DNA of 64,000 nt, taken from contig NW_021835978.1 of the NCBI RefSeq assembly GCF_006345805.1, positions 23,605 through 87,604 on the forward strand, given 5' to 3'. The stretch comes from Octopus sinensis (lineage: Eukaryota). Within the stretch, counting starts at the first letter, position 1; the number at the start of each line of letters is the position of its first letter. A program made the translations under genes and the position numbers. Below the pieces are notes generated by a model. The model searched no databases and was not told the DNA's origin. It saw only the letters and a program-made list of their open reading frames with translations. Shown piece by piece: positions 42,972 to 54,666 of this stretch.

Positions 42972-44022
42972 AAGCACTCCAAAGATAAACTCCAAAAATT
43001 TAAAAACCTATTGAACAGCATAAACCCAAATATACAGTTCACAATGGAATACAACCAAAAGGAGCTCCCGTTCTTGGATATACTAATTAAAAAAATTAAC
43101 CTTAAAATAGAAACAGACATTTTTTACAAAGCCACAGACGCCAAACAATACCTTCTTTTTAATTCATGCCACCCAAGACACACTAAAACAAACATCCCCT
43201 TCAACCTTGCAAGAAGGATATGCACAATAGTGTCAGAACAAAATACCAGGAACTTTAGACTGCAAGAACTCAAAAACACCCTAATTGACAGACATTACCC
43301 AGCTCAACTCATAGAGGATGGGATCAGACGTGCTACAGAAATCAACATAGAAACTTTAAGAAAAGTTCAACACAACAACACACCTTCCCCGAAAATACTA
43401 CCTTACATATCTACATACAACCCCAGAAAAAAAGAAGCCTTCACCATCATCACCCAGAATTTACCAATATTTCATAAAAACCAAAATTAAAGGAAATTCT
43501 AAACATACACCAAATCATTAAAAGCTACAAACAGCCTAAATCACTTAAAAAGATTCTCACAAAGGCAAAATTGTCTTCTAAAATTACGGATGCAAAAGTA
43601 AAAAAATGTGGTAGATCGAACTGTGCAACATGTCCTAACCTATTGGAAGGATCAGAATTCTTCTTTAAAGAGGGACAGAAATTCAAGATCAAATCTAACT
43701 TTACTTGTGCCTCTGAAAACATAATTTATGTCATTAAATGCTCGGGCTGCCACCAAGACTACGTGGGTTCCACGGGACTATCACTCAGGCGTAGATGCAC
43801 ACTGCATCGACAACAGATTGCATTCCCAGAATATAGAATGATACTTTTAGTGAGCACATTGAGAAATGCGCAAAGCAACTACTGCCACAATTTTTAATCT
43901 TCCCATTTTACCAATGTGCTTTCGGATCATCAACACAAATGAGACTGAACAAGGAAACATTCTTCATTGAAAAGTACAAACCCAGACTCAACCATCCGAA
44001 CATACTGACACAGAGAAATTAA
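42972..44022 (+). pseudogene. Penelope RT C-terminus/thumb, CxxxxCxxC linker and GIY-YIG endonuclease; two frameshifts (~43480, ~43845)
   Basis: LNSINPNIQFTME...LPFLDILI...TDIFYKATD..QYL.FNSCHPRHTKTNIPFNLARRICTIVS; KKCGRSNCATC; NIIYVIKCSGCHQDYVGST...LRRRCTLH; shifted frame SEHIEKC...RLNKETFFIEKYKPRLN, stop at 44020-22. Confidence 0.92.
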
Positions 44023-44204
44023 CAAGGGAAAGGGAAAAACCATCCGAACATACTGACACAGAGAAATGAACAAGGGAAAAGGAAAAAAAAATTAAGCGAT
44101 TATCTCCCTTACACCGGAAGAAATCACTCACTACCTCCCCTTATTTAGAAATCTCCTGAAAATAAATACAACGATAACTCCATGCAATATAAACATAACG
44201 TCAC

Positions 44205-44244
44205 AAGAAATTTGAAAAGCTACACGCGAAACCGGTAATTTCTT
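44205..44244 (+). ncRNA. Minimal hammerhead ribozyme variant (U3-A8) in Penelope pLTR
   Basis: aagaaat-TTGAAAA-gc tacac gc-GAAA-ccg-GTA-atttctt, with a 7-bp stem I and palindromic ACCGGT stem III. Confidence 0.7.
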
Positions 44245-44418
44245 TAAAAATTTTAAAATTATGTCATTTTAAGGAAAGGAAAAACATTTTTCCAATATTC
44301 TCCAGACATTTTGACACAAATATATATATTTGTTAACATTTAAGCCTTCTGTCGTTTTTTCACACTTTACTATTTTCTTATATATTCACCCACGCGCTTT
44401 ACCAAACAAACTTTCTTA

Positions 44419-44488
<70 letters not shown>

Positions 44489-44629
44489 CACGATAGGTTT
44501 CGTCTAGTTCCCGCCAGCCCAGTGATACAGAAGAAGACATTTGCTCGAAGTGGCACGCTGGGGAAGTGAACCCATGCTCACAGTTGAATAGAGGGGGTGA
44601 GCGATGACTTTGAGGAGATAAAAGGTACA

Positions 44630-45170
44630 TCTAATTAAAACACACAAAGAAAATGTGCTGAGACACAGATTCCAAAATGTCGAAAAGAATCAGAGCGGGG
44701 CAGATATCGTTTACCTCAATAAATGATATACTCAAAAGAAATAGAGATAATACCATAAGTGCTAGCATTCTTAATAGCGGCGTCTTGCAAGTGTTCGTAT
44801 CTGCAAAGGAGACGTAGGCTACTGAGAAAAGGGAACAGCGATTGACGACGGCGCAAATGGCCATGTCGAGACCCATGCTAAGCATGTCATTACGAGAGCA
44901 AATTGGAAATGAAATATTTTGAAAACAGAGCAGAGTGAACGACGTGAATAACAAAAGCACAATTTCTGCTGGATCAAATCTCTCACAAGGTTCGCAGACA
45001 ACATGAGGACCCGTGCAGTTGGCGAGAAGTAGCTAAGAGATCTGAAAACACGCGATTCGGAAGTCCTGCAAGATTATGGGATGACAATATAATTAGAGAT
45101 TTAGAGCCAAGCTGGAAAAGAATAGTGCAACCAAGAAAGAATTTGAAATGCATTTGACCAGCAACATTCA
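44630..45170 (+). mobile_element. RTE-clade LINE 3' fragment, decayed
   Basis: Plus-strand translation KRIRAG..SF...ASILNSGVL......ET*..EKREQRLTTAQMAM.R.ML.MSLREQIGNE...RFADN, typical of the RTE post-RT region. Confidence 0.7.
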
Positions 45171-45297
45171 GGTCAGGACAATATAGAATTACAGTTATAT
45201 GTACGTATGTATGTATGTATGTATGTATGTATGTATGTATGTATGTATGTATGTTGTATACATGTCTGTATTTTATATGTAATGTATAACCTATAAT

Positions 45298-45331
<34 letters not shown>

Positions 45332-45334
45332 TGT

Positions 45335-45790
45335 TTATTCTTTTAGATGATTCGGTCATTTGACTGCGGCAATGATGGAGCATCATATTTAGTCGAATAT
45401 ATCGACCCCAGGACTAATTCTCTGTAAGCTTAGCCTGTTTTTACCGAATCGCTAGATTCCCGGGACGTAAAAACACACCAACATCGCTTTTCAAGCGATG
45501 GTGGGGGAACAAACCAAGAGACACAATTACATACATACATATATATATAAATATAATAAATATATATATATATATATTATATATATATATATATATAATA
45601 ATATATATATATGTATCTGTGTGTCTGTGTGTGACTAGCTTCTTGCAGTTTCTGTCTACCAAATCCACTCACAAGGGGTTGGCCGGCCCAAAGGTGTAGT
45701 AGGAGACACTTCCCCAATGATCCACGCAGTAGGACTGAACCCGAAACCATGCGTTTGGGAAGCAAGCTTCTTACCACACCGCCACGCCAA
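45335..45790 (-). mobile_element. SINE family A with rearranged internal microsatellite
   Basis: Reverse tail gtcatttgactgcggc and reverse head cttcttaccacac.gccacgcc. Confidence 0.85.
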
Positions 45791-45824
45791 TATGTGTATA
45801 TGTATATATATAATATATATATAT

Positions 45825-46012
45825 ATGGGGGAGGGGCGGGAGAGTCGATTAAACCGACCCCAGTAGGTAACTCGTGCTTAATTTATCGACCTCGAATTGA
45901 TGGAAAGCAATGTCGACTTCAGCGGAATTTGAACTCAGAACGTAAAAGATAGACGAAATGCCGCTAAGCATTTATCCCGGCGTGCTAACGTTTCTGCCAG
46001 CTCGCCGCCTTA
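45825..46012 (-). mobile_element. SINE family B
   Basis: Ends ctgccagctcgccgcctt. Confidence 0.9.
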
Positions 46013-46344
46013 AGTGCGTCACAATATTAATTAGACGTAAATGTGTTACTATGTTTTGAGAAAATGTTTTGTTTGTTACGAATTTATCTATATAGGCGTT
46101 TGAATGCAATTATGTTATAGATGTATACGATGAGGTGGACGTTGCGTGAATGTGTTTGTGTGTGTGTATGAGCATGTACGTGTGTGTCTGTCCTGGGACT
46201 ATATGCCAGGATATTGGGACTATATGCCAGTAAGGCAGTGTTGGTTTAGAGAGACTTCCCCTTTCTGCTCTTTTGTGTATGTGTATGTATGTGTGTGTGT
46301 GTATGTACTCTATTGTGTCTGTTTGTGGATGTTCTTCTTTCTTT

Positions 46345-46722
46345 TTCTTTCGTTTACTTGTTTCAGTTATTTGACTGTGGCCATGCTGGAGCACCGCCTT
46401 TCGTCGAGCAAATCGACCCCAGGACATATTCTTCGTAAGCCTAGTACTTATTCTATCGTTCCCCTATACCGAACCGCAAAATTACGGGGACAAAAAACAC
46501 ACCAGCTTCCGTTGTGAAGTGATGGTGGGGGATAAACACAGACACACAAAAAATAAACACACGCATTCATATACATGTATATGATGGGCTTCTTTCAGTT
46601 TCCGTCTACCAAATCCAGTCACAAAGCCCTGGTTGACTCGAGTCTATAATAGAAGACACTTGCCCAAGATGCTACGGAGTGGGACTGAAACCGGATCCAT
46701 GTGGTTGGTAAGCAAGCTACCA
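46345..46722 (-). mobile_element. SINE family A
   Basis: ttacttgtttcagt...ggccatgctggagcaccgcc...atgtggttggtaagcaagctac. Confidence 0.9.
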
Positions 46723-46887
46723 TACAAATCTATATATATATATAATTATAAGAATAATTAAGGGCTTAGCAACAAGTTGCTTAACCACATGCCGAAAAAT
46801 TTAGAAATAGCAGCCAGAAGACCGTTATTTCTTTTTGCTACAAAATATGACTTCACAGACTATAATGAATATATATATATATGTATG

Positions 46888-46929
<42 letters not shown>

Positions 46930-47132
46930 TATACACATACCCATACACACACGCATATACGTATATAATATATATATATATGCATATGTATATATATGTG
47001 TGTATATATCTATATCTATATATACATATATATATGCATATAAATATATATACATACATATAAATATATATACATATATATATATATACATATAATATAC
47101 ATACATATAAATTATATATACATACATATAAG

Positions 47133-47164
<32 letters not shown>

Positions 47165-47734
47165 TATATATATAATATATAATATATGTGTTTGTATCGA
47201 TGGATGACTTGTAGAAACGCCAGTGCACATCAACAAAATGCCTTATGGACTTTGTTTCCGCTCAGGTCAATGTTTTTTTTTCTTATTTCCGATATTGATC
47301 AAATAATTTCCAGACTTGTTAGAGAGAATCGATAAAATCGAATAAATATCATTGAACGCATCGCCCCAGCATGGCCGCGGTCCAGGGAATGAAGCCATAA
47401 CTTTTATAAATATAGATGTACGCTCAAGTTCAGAAATTCCTAAACCCCTCCCCCCTCCACTCGTTTTGTTCACTTCTGCTCCACCTTCTCTCCATCGTTC
47501 CCGTTCTCCTCTTCTAATTTTATGTGATTCTAAAGCAAGATGGCCGTCATGTAAAGCCAAAAGCGTTTTGCTTTTTATTAAAGGCTGTACACAGGTTATG
47601 TAAATCCCTGAGAAATGATATAACAAATACGATACATCCACCATTTTTTATGTTTCAACACTGCTCAATACATATCGTTGTTATTATGTTAAACTGTCGT
47701 GTGTCCAAATTTGGCCAAATGTGTTTTGTTTTTT

Positions 47735-47965
47735 TTGCTTTCAATATTCAATTTCGCTTGCAATAGCCGGTTCTTTTAGTGAAACTATCGTATCTCCAGC
47801 GGCTTCTGATGCCAAAATATGAAAATTGTCGAAGTGTAATGCAATGGTTTAGCATTTTTCGAAAGTATAGTAAGTTCAACATACGACAGTTTCGCAAAAA
47901 TATTTCTGATTGAAAATATCATACATGCATTGAGTTACGATTTTATGCACCCAACAAAATATAAT
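47735..47965. mobile_element. Old dispersed repeat, inverse-homologous to 42130-42265, ending in a mariner-like TIR
   Basis: cttgcaatagccggtt...tatcgtatctcc matches the reverse complement of ggagatacgata...aaccggctattgcaag; ends ttatgcacccaacaaaata. Confidence 0.5.
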
Positions 47966-48091
47966 TGTTTAGCTGAAATTGCTCCTGATGTAAACTGAAA
48001 TGGGGTGGTGAATCTATGTTTTCGTTTTCTGAAAATGCAACGTTTTGGACTTACGACACTTTTGATAATAGTAACGAGATGAAGTCACTGA

Positions 48092-48250
48092 AAGGCGATG
48101 GACTGCCAGAATAATTAGCATGCCGGCCAAACTGCTTAACGGCATTTCGCTTGTCTTTATGTTCTGAGTTTAAATTCCGCCGAGATAAATTTTGTCTTTT
48201 CTTATCTCGGGGCGATCAAATAAGTCCCAGTTGAGCACTGCGATATATGT
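48092..48250 (+). mobile_element. SINE family B, diverged
   Basis: aaggcgatgg.ctgccagaa...ttctgagtttaaattccgccgag. Confidence 0.75.
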
Positions 48251-48266
48251 ATTCAATTTACAGCTT

Positions 48267-48314
<48 letters not shown>

Positions 48315-48336
48315 AATCATCATATATATTATATAG

Positions 48337-48403
<67 letters not shown>

Positions 48404-48626
48404 TAATTAATCAATATAGGGTGGCAAAAAATTTCGCAGAATTTTTTGCCACCAGCGGCCTAGTGGAAAAAATTAAATAGTCATAGACCATTCATAAATC
48501 AACAGCAAAATCAAGGAACGGCCATAATAGGCCATTCACCCACTAGAAATAACAGCCAAGGCTTCAACCGCAAAACAACATTAATTCCGTAAACCAGGAG
48601 AAAATTAAAAAAACATTTACCCTGTA

Positions 48627-48733
48627 ATTCTTTATACGATGCACCGTTTCGTCTATTGTTTAATGGTAAACTAACCTGATTAAATTAAATCAAGCTAGTC
48701 TTCCATAGGCCGATAGATTCATCAGTAAAGAAC
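48627..48733 (-). ncRNA. Type I hammerhead ribozyme with long stem II insertion (inverted copy)
   Basis: Reverse complement of 49041-49146. Confidence 0.75.
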
Positions 48734-49040
48734 GGCCAGATCGGAGCAGATATTTACACGAGGCACTTCCACCACTGTCTCAGCAATATCTGACCTAAAA
48801 TTTTCAAATCATCGCACTCGCGCCAAATTTATCGGCAGCAAATATAAGCCGCCGATTCCATTACGGAATTAACCAGAAAATTCATAATTAATCAATATAG
48901 GGTGGCAAAAAATTTCGCAGAATTTTTTGCCACCAGCGGCAAATAAATTTGGCGCGAGTGCGATGATTGAAAATTTTAGGTCAGATATTGCTGAGACAGT
49001 GGTGGAAGTGCTTCGTGTAAATATCTGCTCCGATCTGGCC

Positions 49041-49146
49041 GTTCTTTACTGATGAATCTATCGGCCTATGGAAGACTAGCTTGATTTAATTTAATGAGGT
49101 TAGTTACCATTAAACAATAGACGAAACGGTGCATCGTATAAAGAAT
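49041..49146 (+). ncRNA. Type I hammerhead ribozyme with long stem II insertion
   Basis: gttcttta-CTGATGA-atctat[55 nt]atagac-GAAA-cggt gc atc-GTA-taaagaat; predicted cut after 49138. Confidence 0.78.
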
Positions 49147-49267
49147 TACAGGGTAAATGTTTTTTTAATTTTCTCCTGGTTTACGGAATTAATGTTTGTT
49201 GCGGTTGAAGCCTTGGCTGTTATTTCTAGTGGGTGAATGGCCTATTATGGCCGTTCCTTGATTTTGC

Positions 49268-49323
<56 letters not shown>

Positions 49324-50170
49324 CGGGTTTCTGATTTATTTCGTCTAGCAATCCAAACAGAAGATTTTGGTGTGTCCTAGGCAATTCTGCTAGCCGTTTT
49401 CAAGATGCCACGCTGCGAGACAGAACCCCGATGCATGTAGTTTGGAAGCGAACTTCCTACCACGCAGCCACATCTTCAATATTACATGAACTCCTTATAG
49501 CAAATTGAATTAACACGGTTTGAACAATTATGAATGATTAGCGTTGTCCAAAACTAATCCCATGATGAGTCTTCAGGATGGCAATGTCTGTCGAATTGTC
49601 TAGAGAATCGCTGGCGTAACCTGGAATTCTATGATTTCTGTCACACATTTTAAAATTCCAAGTTATGTCATTGACTCAGCTAGAATAATATCGCCATCGT
49701 CCACGTACGTAAAATATCCGCCATCATATATGTATTCCAATTATCCTCTCTCGTGTGTGCACTCACTCCGAATTGTTCACCATAATAATGTGTTCCTCTG
49801 AGTTTCATTTCTAATCACGTTTGTGTTTCCGTTTCTTCACTAAATCCATTCGTTGATTGCATGTGGTGTCATGCTTTTTATTTGAAAACATACCATGCAA
49901 GTACAGATACAAACATAAGCATACTGTTACATAGAAACATTCATGCGTTTACATAAACATGCATAAATACAGTATAACAATGGTCACCAGCAATAGCAGG
50001 TCTCTTGGAGTAGAACATGGATCAAAAACCGTGTTTTTAATTTTGGTATTTACCTCTTCATTTATACCAAACTCAAGTTTAATTCCGCAACCTTCTGTTT
50101 TGTTATTATGTGTGTGTATGGGTGTTTCTACCCGAATTGGATTGTAAATGAGCTTAAAAATTAATAAAAT

Positions 50171-50545
50171 GGAGTGGCCAGTGCGTGCGTGTTTCCACCA
50201 TAATACGCGTCTTTAGCACAGCAATTGCCCTATTTTCTCCCGCAACAGGTCGTATACTTAGATATAAAATAAAGATCAGTGCAGTTTTATATAATTACGT
50301 ATCTGAATAAATAATTTATGTAATTCAAGTGAAAATAGGTTTAGAGTAATAACACGGAGTGGCCAGTGAATACGAGTTTCCACCTCAATACGCGTCTTTA
50401 GCTCAGCAGTTGCTCTACCTTCTCCCCAGCAGATCGTATACTTAGATATATACAATGAAGATCCGTACAGTTTTATATAATTACGTATTTAAATAAATAA
50501 ATTATGTAATTCAAGTGAAAACGAGATTAGAATAATTACTTGGGG
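50171..50545. repeat. Two diverged tandem copies of a ~185-bp unit
   Basis: ggagtggccagtg...aatacgcgtctttag...cgtatacttagatata...cagttttatataattacgtat...gtaattcaagtgaaaa at 50171 and 50356. Confidence 0.9.
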
Positions 50546-51236
50546 TGCTCAGTGGCAAATATTTGGACAAAATAAAATTTATTAAATTCGATATAACATA
50601 TATTCCTGAATTGTTAAGAAATTTCTCCGCTTCCAGAGAAAGAAAGGTACTGCCACATGGTAACTGGAATCCACCCCTAATGAGAAAGATGGATGATGGA
50701 TAATCTCCAGAATAAAGAATTCACGAAAATTGAGAATAATTTGAAAAGAAGTCAGGTTGTCTGGATACGAGAAGAGAAAGTGGACACCTGTTTCTGCCTC
50801 AATAAGAGTCATCAGTACATTGGTTCATTTTACTTCAGGTGACGGGGTACTTACACTCATATAAAAAGACTACATCACATGCATTATATATGTTTGTGTG
50901 TGAAGCGTGTGTTTGTGTCCATGCGTGTGCATGTGTGTATATACATACATATATTTGTCTGCATGCATATGCATATGTATATTATATATATATATATATA
51001 TATATATGCTTGCCTTTTATTTTTTCCATATGTATTAGTGATAAAATATGGCCATTATATATATATATATACATGCAGCTGAGGAAAGCTCTGCATTTAA
51101 ATTGATATAATGATTATTGTTAAGAAACTCCCTCTTACATGAAACGTAACCAATGGTAGCTCTGTTAACCCACATTTATACAATATTTATCCATCAATGC
51201 GGTGTTGAGCACTCATTCTTTCTGTTCGATATTAGC

Positions 51237-51303
<67 letters not shown>

Positions 51304-51371
51304 CATAGATACATACATATATACATACATACACACACACACAAACAAATAAACAAAACATACACATATAT

Positions 51372-51540
51372 ACGACAGGCTTCTTTCAGTTTCCGTCTGC
51401 CAAATCCACCCCCAAGACTTTGGTCGTCCGAGCGAAGCTATAGTAGAAGATACCTGCCCAAGCTCCTACGCAATGGGACTGAACCCGGAATCTTATGCTT
51501 GGGAAGCAACCTTCTTGCCACACAGCGACTCCTGCGCCTT
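51372..51540 (-). mobile_element. SINE family A head half
   Basis: cgacaggcttctttcagtttccgtc...cacagcgactcctgcgcc. Confidence 0.85.
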
Positions 51541-51629
51541 ATACATAGATACATAGACACATAAATACACACACACACACACACATACACACAGATATAA
51601 TATAATAAATATATATATTATATATATAT

Positions 51630-51693
<64 letters not shown>

Positions 51694-52275
51694 TGTGTAT
51701 GTGCGTGTCTGTGTGTGTATACAGGAGAGCGAACGTGAGAGAAAAAGAGAGAGATTTTACGCAATAACTTAGCGTTATTCAGACGGGATTACATAAAATA
51801 GCTTCCATCACGTGGTGGGATTTTCGCTTCGACGATCACGGCCGGCATTAATAAAAATAACATTAACAATGCTACCAACAGCCACAGTACAAGAAGTCTG
51901 TGTAAGCTGTCTAAAATAGTGTATGCGTTCTTTTTTCAAATCAGTTGCTCTTTAATATTTAATTCAAGATTTATTCCGGTGCTGTCAGAAAGCCCGTGAA
52001 AATCCTTCAATGGGTTATGCGAAGCGGCTGAAGCAGTCCGGGGGTAAAATCCATCCAGACGTAAACCGCTACAGAGATAAGCCATTTTTAGATAACAGTC
52101 ATTTTTCAATGGCCGACAAAATGGCTGTCAAATGTAATTGTTATTCCAGCATCTGCAGTATTAGTGAATGCCGTAGTTATTATCATCATCATAATCAGTA
52201 TCAGCATCATCATTATTTCTCTTGTTGTTGTTATTATTATTATTTTTGTTGTTGCTGTTGTTGTTATTATTATTA

Positions 52276-52333
<58 letters not shown>

Positions 52334-52367
52334 GTAAGCTAATGCTTAGCGTTATGTAACTTTTTTT

Positions 52368-52585
52368 AAAGGCGGAGACCACGTAGAATCGTTAGCGAAG
52401 ACGGAGAAAATGTTTCGCGGTATTTCTTCCGGATGTTTACGTTTCTGTGTTCAAATTTCGCCGAGGTCAACTTTGCATTTCATCCGTTCAGGGTCGAAGA
52501 GATAAGTACCAGTTGTGTACTTGGGTTACTGTAATCGAATTAACCCTGATTCCGAAATTTCTGCTCTTGCGCCGAATTTGGAACC
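52368..52585 (+). mobile_element. SINE family B, diverged
   Basis: aaggcggag...gttcaaatttcgccgaggtcaactttgc.tttcatcc. Confidence 0.8.
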
Positions 52586-52607
52586 ATTAATAATAATAAT
52601 AAGAATA

Positions 52608-52640
<33 letters not shown>

Positions 52641-52641
<1 letters not shown>

Positions 52642-53206
52642 CTAATAAATGCCCTGATGCAGTACCAGGCAGTGGCTCTCATGGCTTCTGATCTTAACTG
52701 ATTGGAAGTGTTATCATGTACATTGTTTTGTCTTGGTATAAAAGATGGGCTACAGCAAATATTCTGCCTCAATACCACAGATTTGCTTGTCAGTTGTTTG
52801 ACCTTAACCAGTGAGCATGTCCTTAGTGGCTGGCGATATGTGCATCTCTGATCACGAGCAGAAGAAGTAGTGGGGGAGCATCATAGCCATGTGTTGAGAG
52901 GGATTCTTTGGGGTTTGAATAGTTCACTCTGGAAACATGGGTGGTTCTTTCAACATCCTTAAACAATCCTTATTCAGGGACCTTTTGAGCGGAATGGGCT
53001 ACTCAACCTGAAGAAAATTCTAACTGGGCCCCACCTGCAAGGTCATGTGCTGTTTATCTTGATATGAGATCACCATGTCGCGCACATATGGTTGTGATGC
53101 ATGTGCCTGGTGTACCTTTATCAGACGGGTAGTCATGATGGGTATATTGGGCTTCGTATATTTTACCCCAGTGTCACTTTGATGGCATGAACTGCTCTCT
53201 CACTCA
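52641..53206. mobile_element. ~565-bp non-coding insertion within (AAT)n, unclassified
   Basis: Sharp boundaries with pure (AAT)n on both sides; higher GC; no meaningful ORF. Confidence 0.6.
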
Positions 53207-53274
53207 ATAATAATAATAATAATAGTAATAATGATAATAATAATAATAATAATAATATAATATAATAATAATAA

Positions 53275-53334
<60 letters not shown>

Positions 53335-53375
53335 AATAATTATTTTATATTTTATTATTATTATTATTATTATTA

Positions 53376-53820
53376 CTTTTTTTTCTTCTTTCAAATTTCT
53401 TCCATTCTTGCCGAGTGTCTCCCGACTCCTAGGGCAAAGAAAAACTCATAGTGTATATTGGTAGGCCATTAAACCAAACTCAGTAGTTCGTTCATTTTTT
53501 TTTTTTTTTTTTTTAAGTTAAATTAAAATACATGAGCAGCAACAGTTCTCACATCGACACATGCTCTTCTCAATACGTGTGATGTACCAGTTAAGACAAT
53601 CTTTTGCACTTCTTGCAGGGATGGTATGAAGCCAGGGATCATTTCATATATTTTCGGTTCCCTTCTTGATCATTCCTAGTGCTCCTACGATCACTGGTAT
53701 TGTAACCGCCTTGAGATGCCACATTTTCTCAATTTCAATGAGTAGGTCTTATATTTCTGAGCTTGTCAAACTCTTTCGCTGAGATATTATGATCACAGGG
53801 GATGCTCATGTCGATCAATA
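53376..53820 (-). mobile_element. R4/Dong-type non-LTR retrotransposon 3' fragment 1
   Basis: LIDMSIPCDHNISAKEFDKL..KY...IEIEKMWHLKAVTIPVIVGALGMIKKG...LQEVQKIVLTGTSHVLRRA; 3' UTR runs into (TAA)n. Confidence 0.85.
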
Positions 53821-53855
53821 TCGACAATAATAATAATAATAATATAATAATAATA

Positions 53856-53901
<46 letters not shown>

Positions 53902-53939
53902 TATTATTATTATATTATTATTATTATTATTATTATTAT

Positions 53940-54488
53940 TTTATGTTTGACTTTAGCTTTACATTTGTACAATTTGGCTCCAAGTCTCACCCAGAGATCT
54001 CAAGAGACAAGTTGGAAGTTCATGTTGGTGTTATGCCTAGGGTGCTATATATTTCGTTTTGTACAAAGTGTTGTTCTAGAGAATATTTAAGAAACCATAA
54101 GAAAATTATGTTTGTTCTAAAATTTGAGATTACATAGAAAGTATTTTGCGTAGGAGATGGGCACTTCCCATGAGTACTATCTTTTGAATTTCTGCCATTT
54201 TGGGGTTTCCTGGTATCTGAGTTAGGTAGCAATCAGCCCCTTTTGCTATCATTCCCAGGGCACCTATGACAACAGGTATTGTTTTAGTCTTCAGGTTCCA
54301 CATTTTGCTAATTTCTATTTCAAGATCTTTATATTTGCTCAGTTTTGGATATGTCTTCACAGATACGTTCATATCGATTGGGACAGTCATATCAATGAGG
54401 AGGCATGATTTTTGTCTGAAGTCTTAGAATATGGACTATTCGCATTTATCTTTCTGTCAGTTTGAAAGGTAAAGTTCCAGAGGAGTTA
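53940..54488 (-). mobile_element. R4/Dong-type non-LTR retrotransposon 3' fragment 2
   Basis: ORF 54130-54390 KLSKYKDLEIEISKMWNLKTKTIPVVIGALG...IQKIVLMGSAHLLRKILSM, preceded by LLWNFTFQTDR...CLLID; (TAA)n flanks. Confidence 0.9.
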
Positions 54489-54537
54489 TTATTTATTATT
54501 TATTTATTTATTTATTATATTATTATTATTATTATTA

Positions 54538-54574
<37 letters not shown>

Positions 54575-54606
54575 ATTTATTAATTTTATTATTTTATTAT
54601 TATTAA

Positions 54607-54665
<59 letters not shown>

Positions 54666-54666
54666 G

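Larger units (their letters stand above)
42512..44425 (+). mobile_element. 5'-truncated Penelope-like element (Neptune/Naiad type) with inverted pseudo-LTR, inserted in (TA)n
   Basis: Coding core 42972-44022; 42512-42977 is the reverse complement of 43916-44385; (TA)n on both sides. Confidence 0.93.
48403..49268. mobile_element. Non-coding foldback element in (TA)n: ~328-bp inverted arms with hammerheads and 57-bp direct repeats
   Basis: Inverted repeat 48504-48832 / 48943-49268; direct repeat 48403-48459 / 48884-48940 containing hairpin ggtggcaaaaaatt-tcgcag-aattttttgccacc. Confidence 0.85.

Noticed and set aside
43571-44022. Selenocysteine (UGA) readthrough as reported for some Naiad PLEs
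   Set aside because: The ORF breaks are frameshifts, and I saw no in-frame TGA at Cys positions.
46194-46230. 21-bp tandem duplication gggactatatgccag
   Set aside because: A trivial local slippage duplication.
50171-50545. CRISPR-like array
   Set aside because: Whole units are homologous with no unique spacers, the context is eukaryotic, and there are no cas genes.
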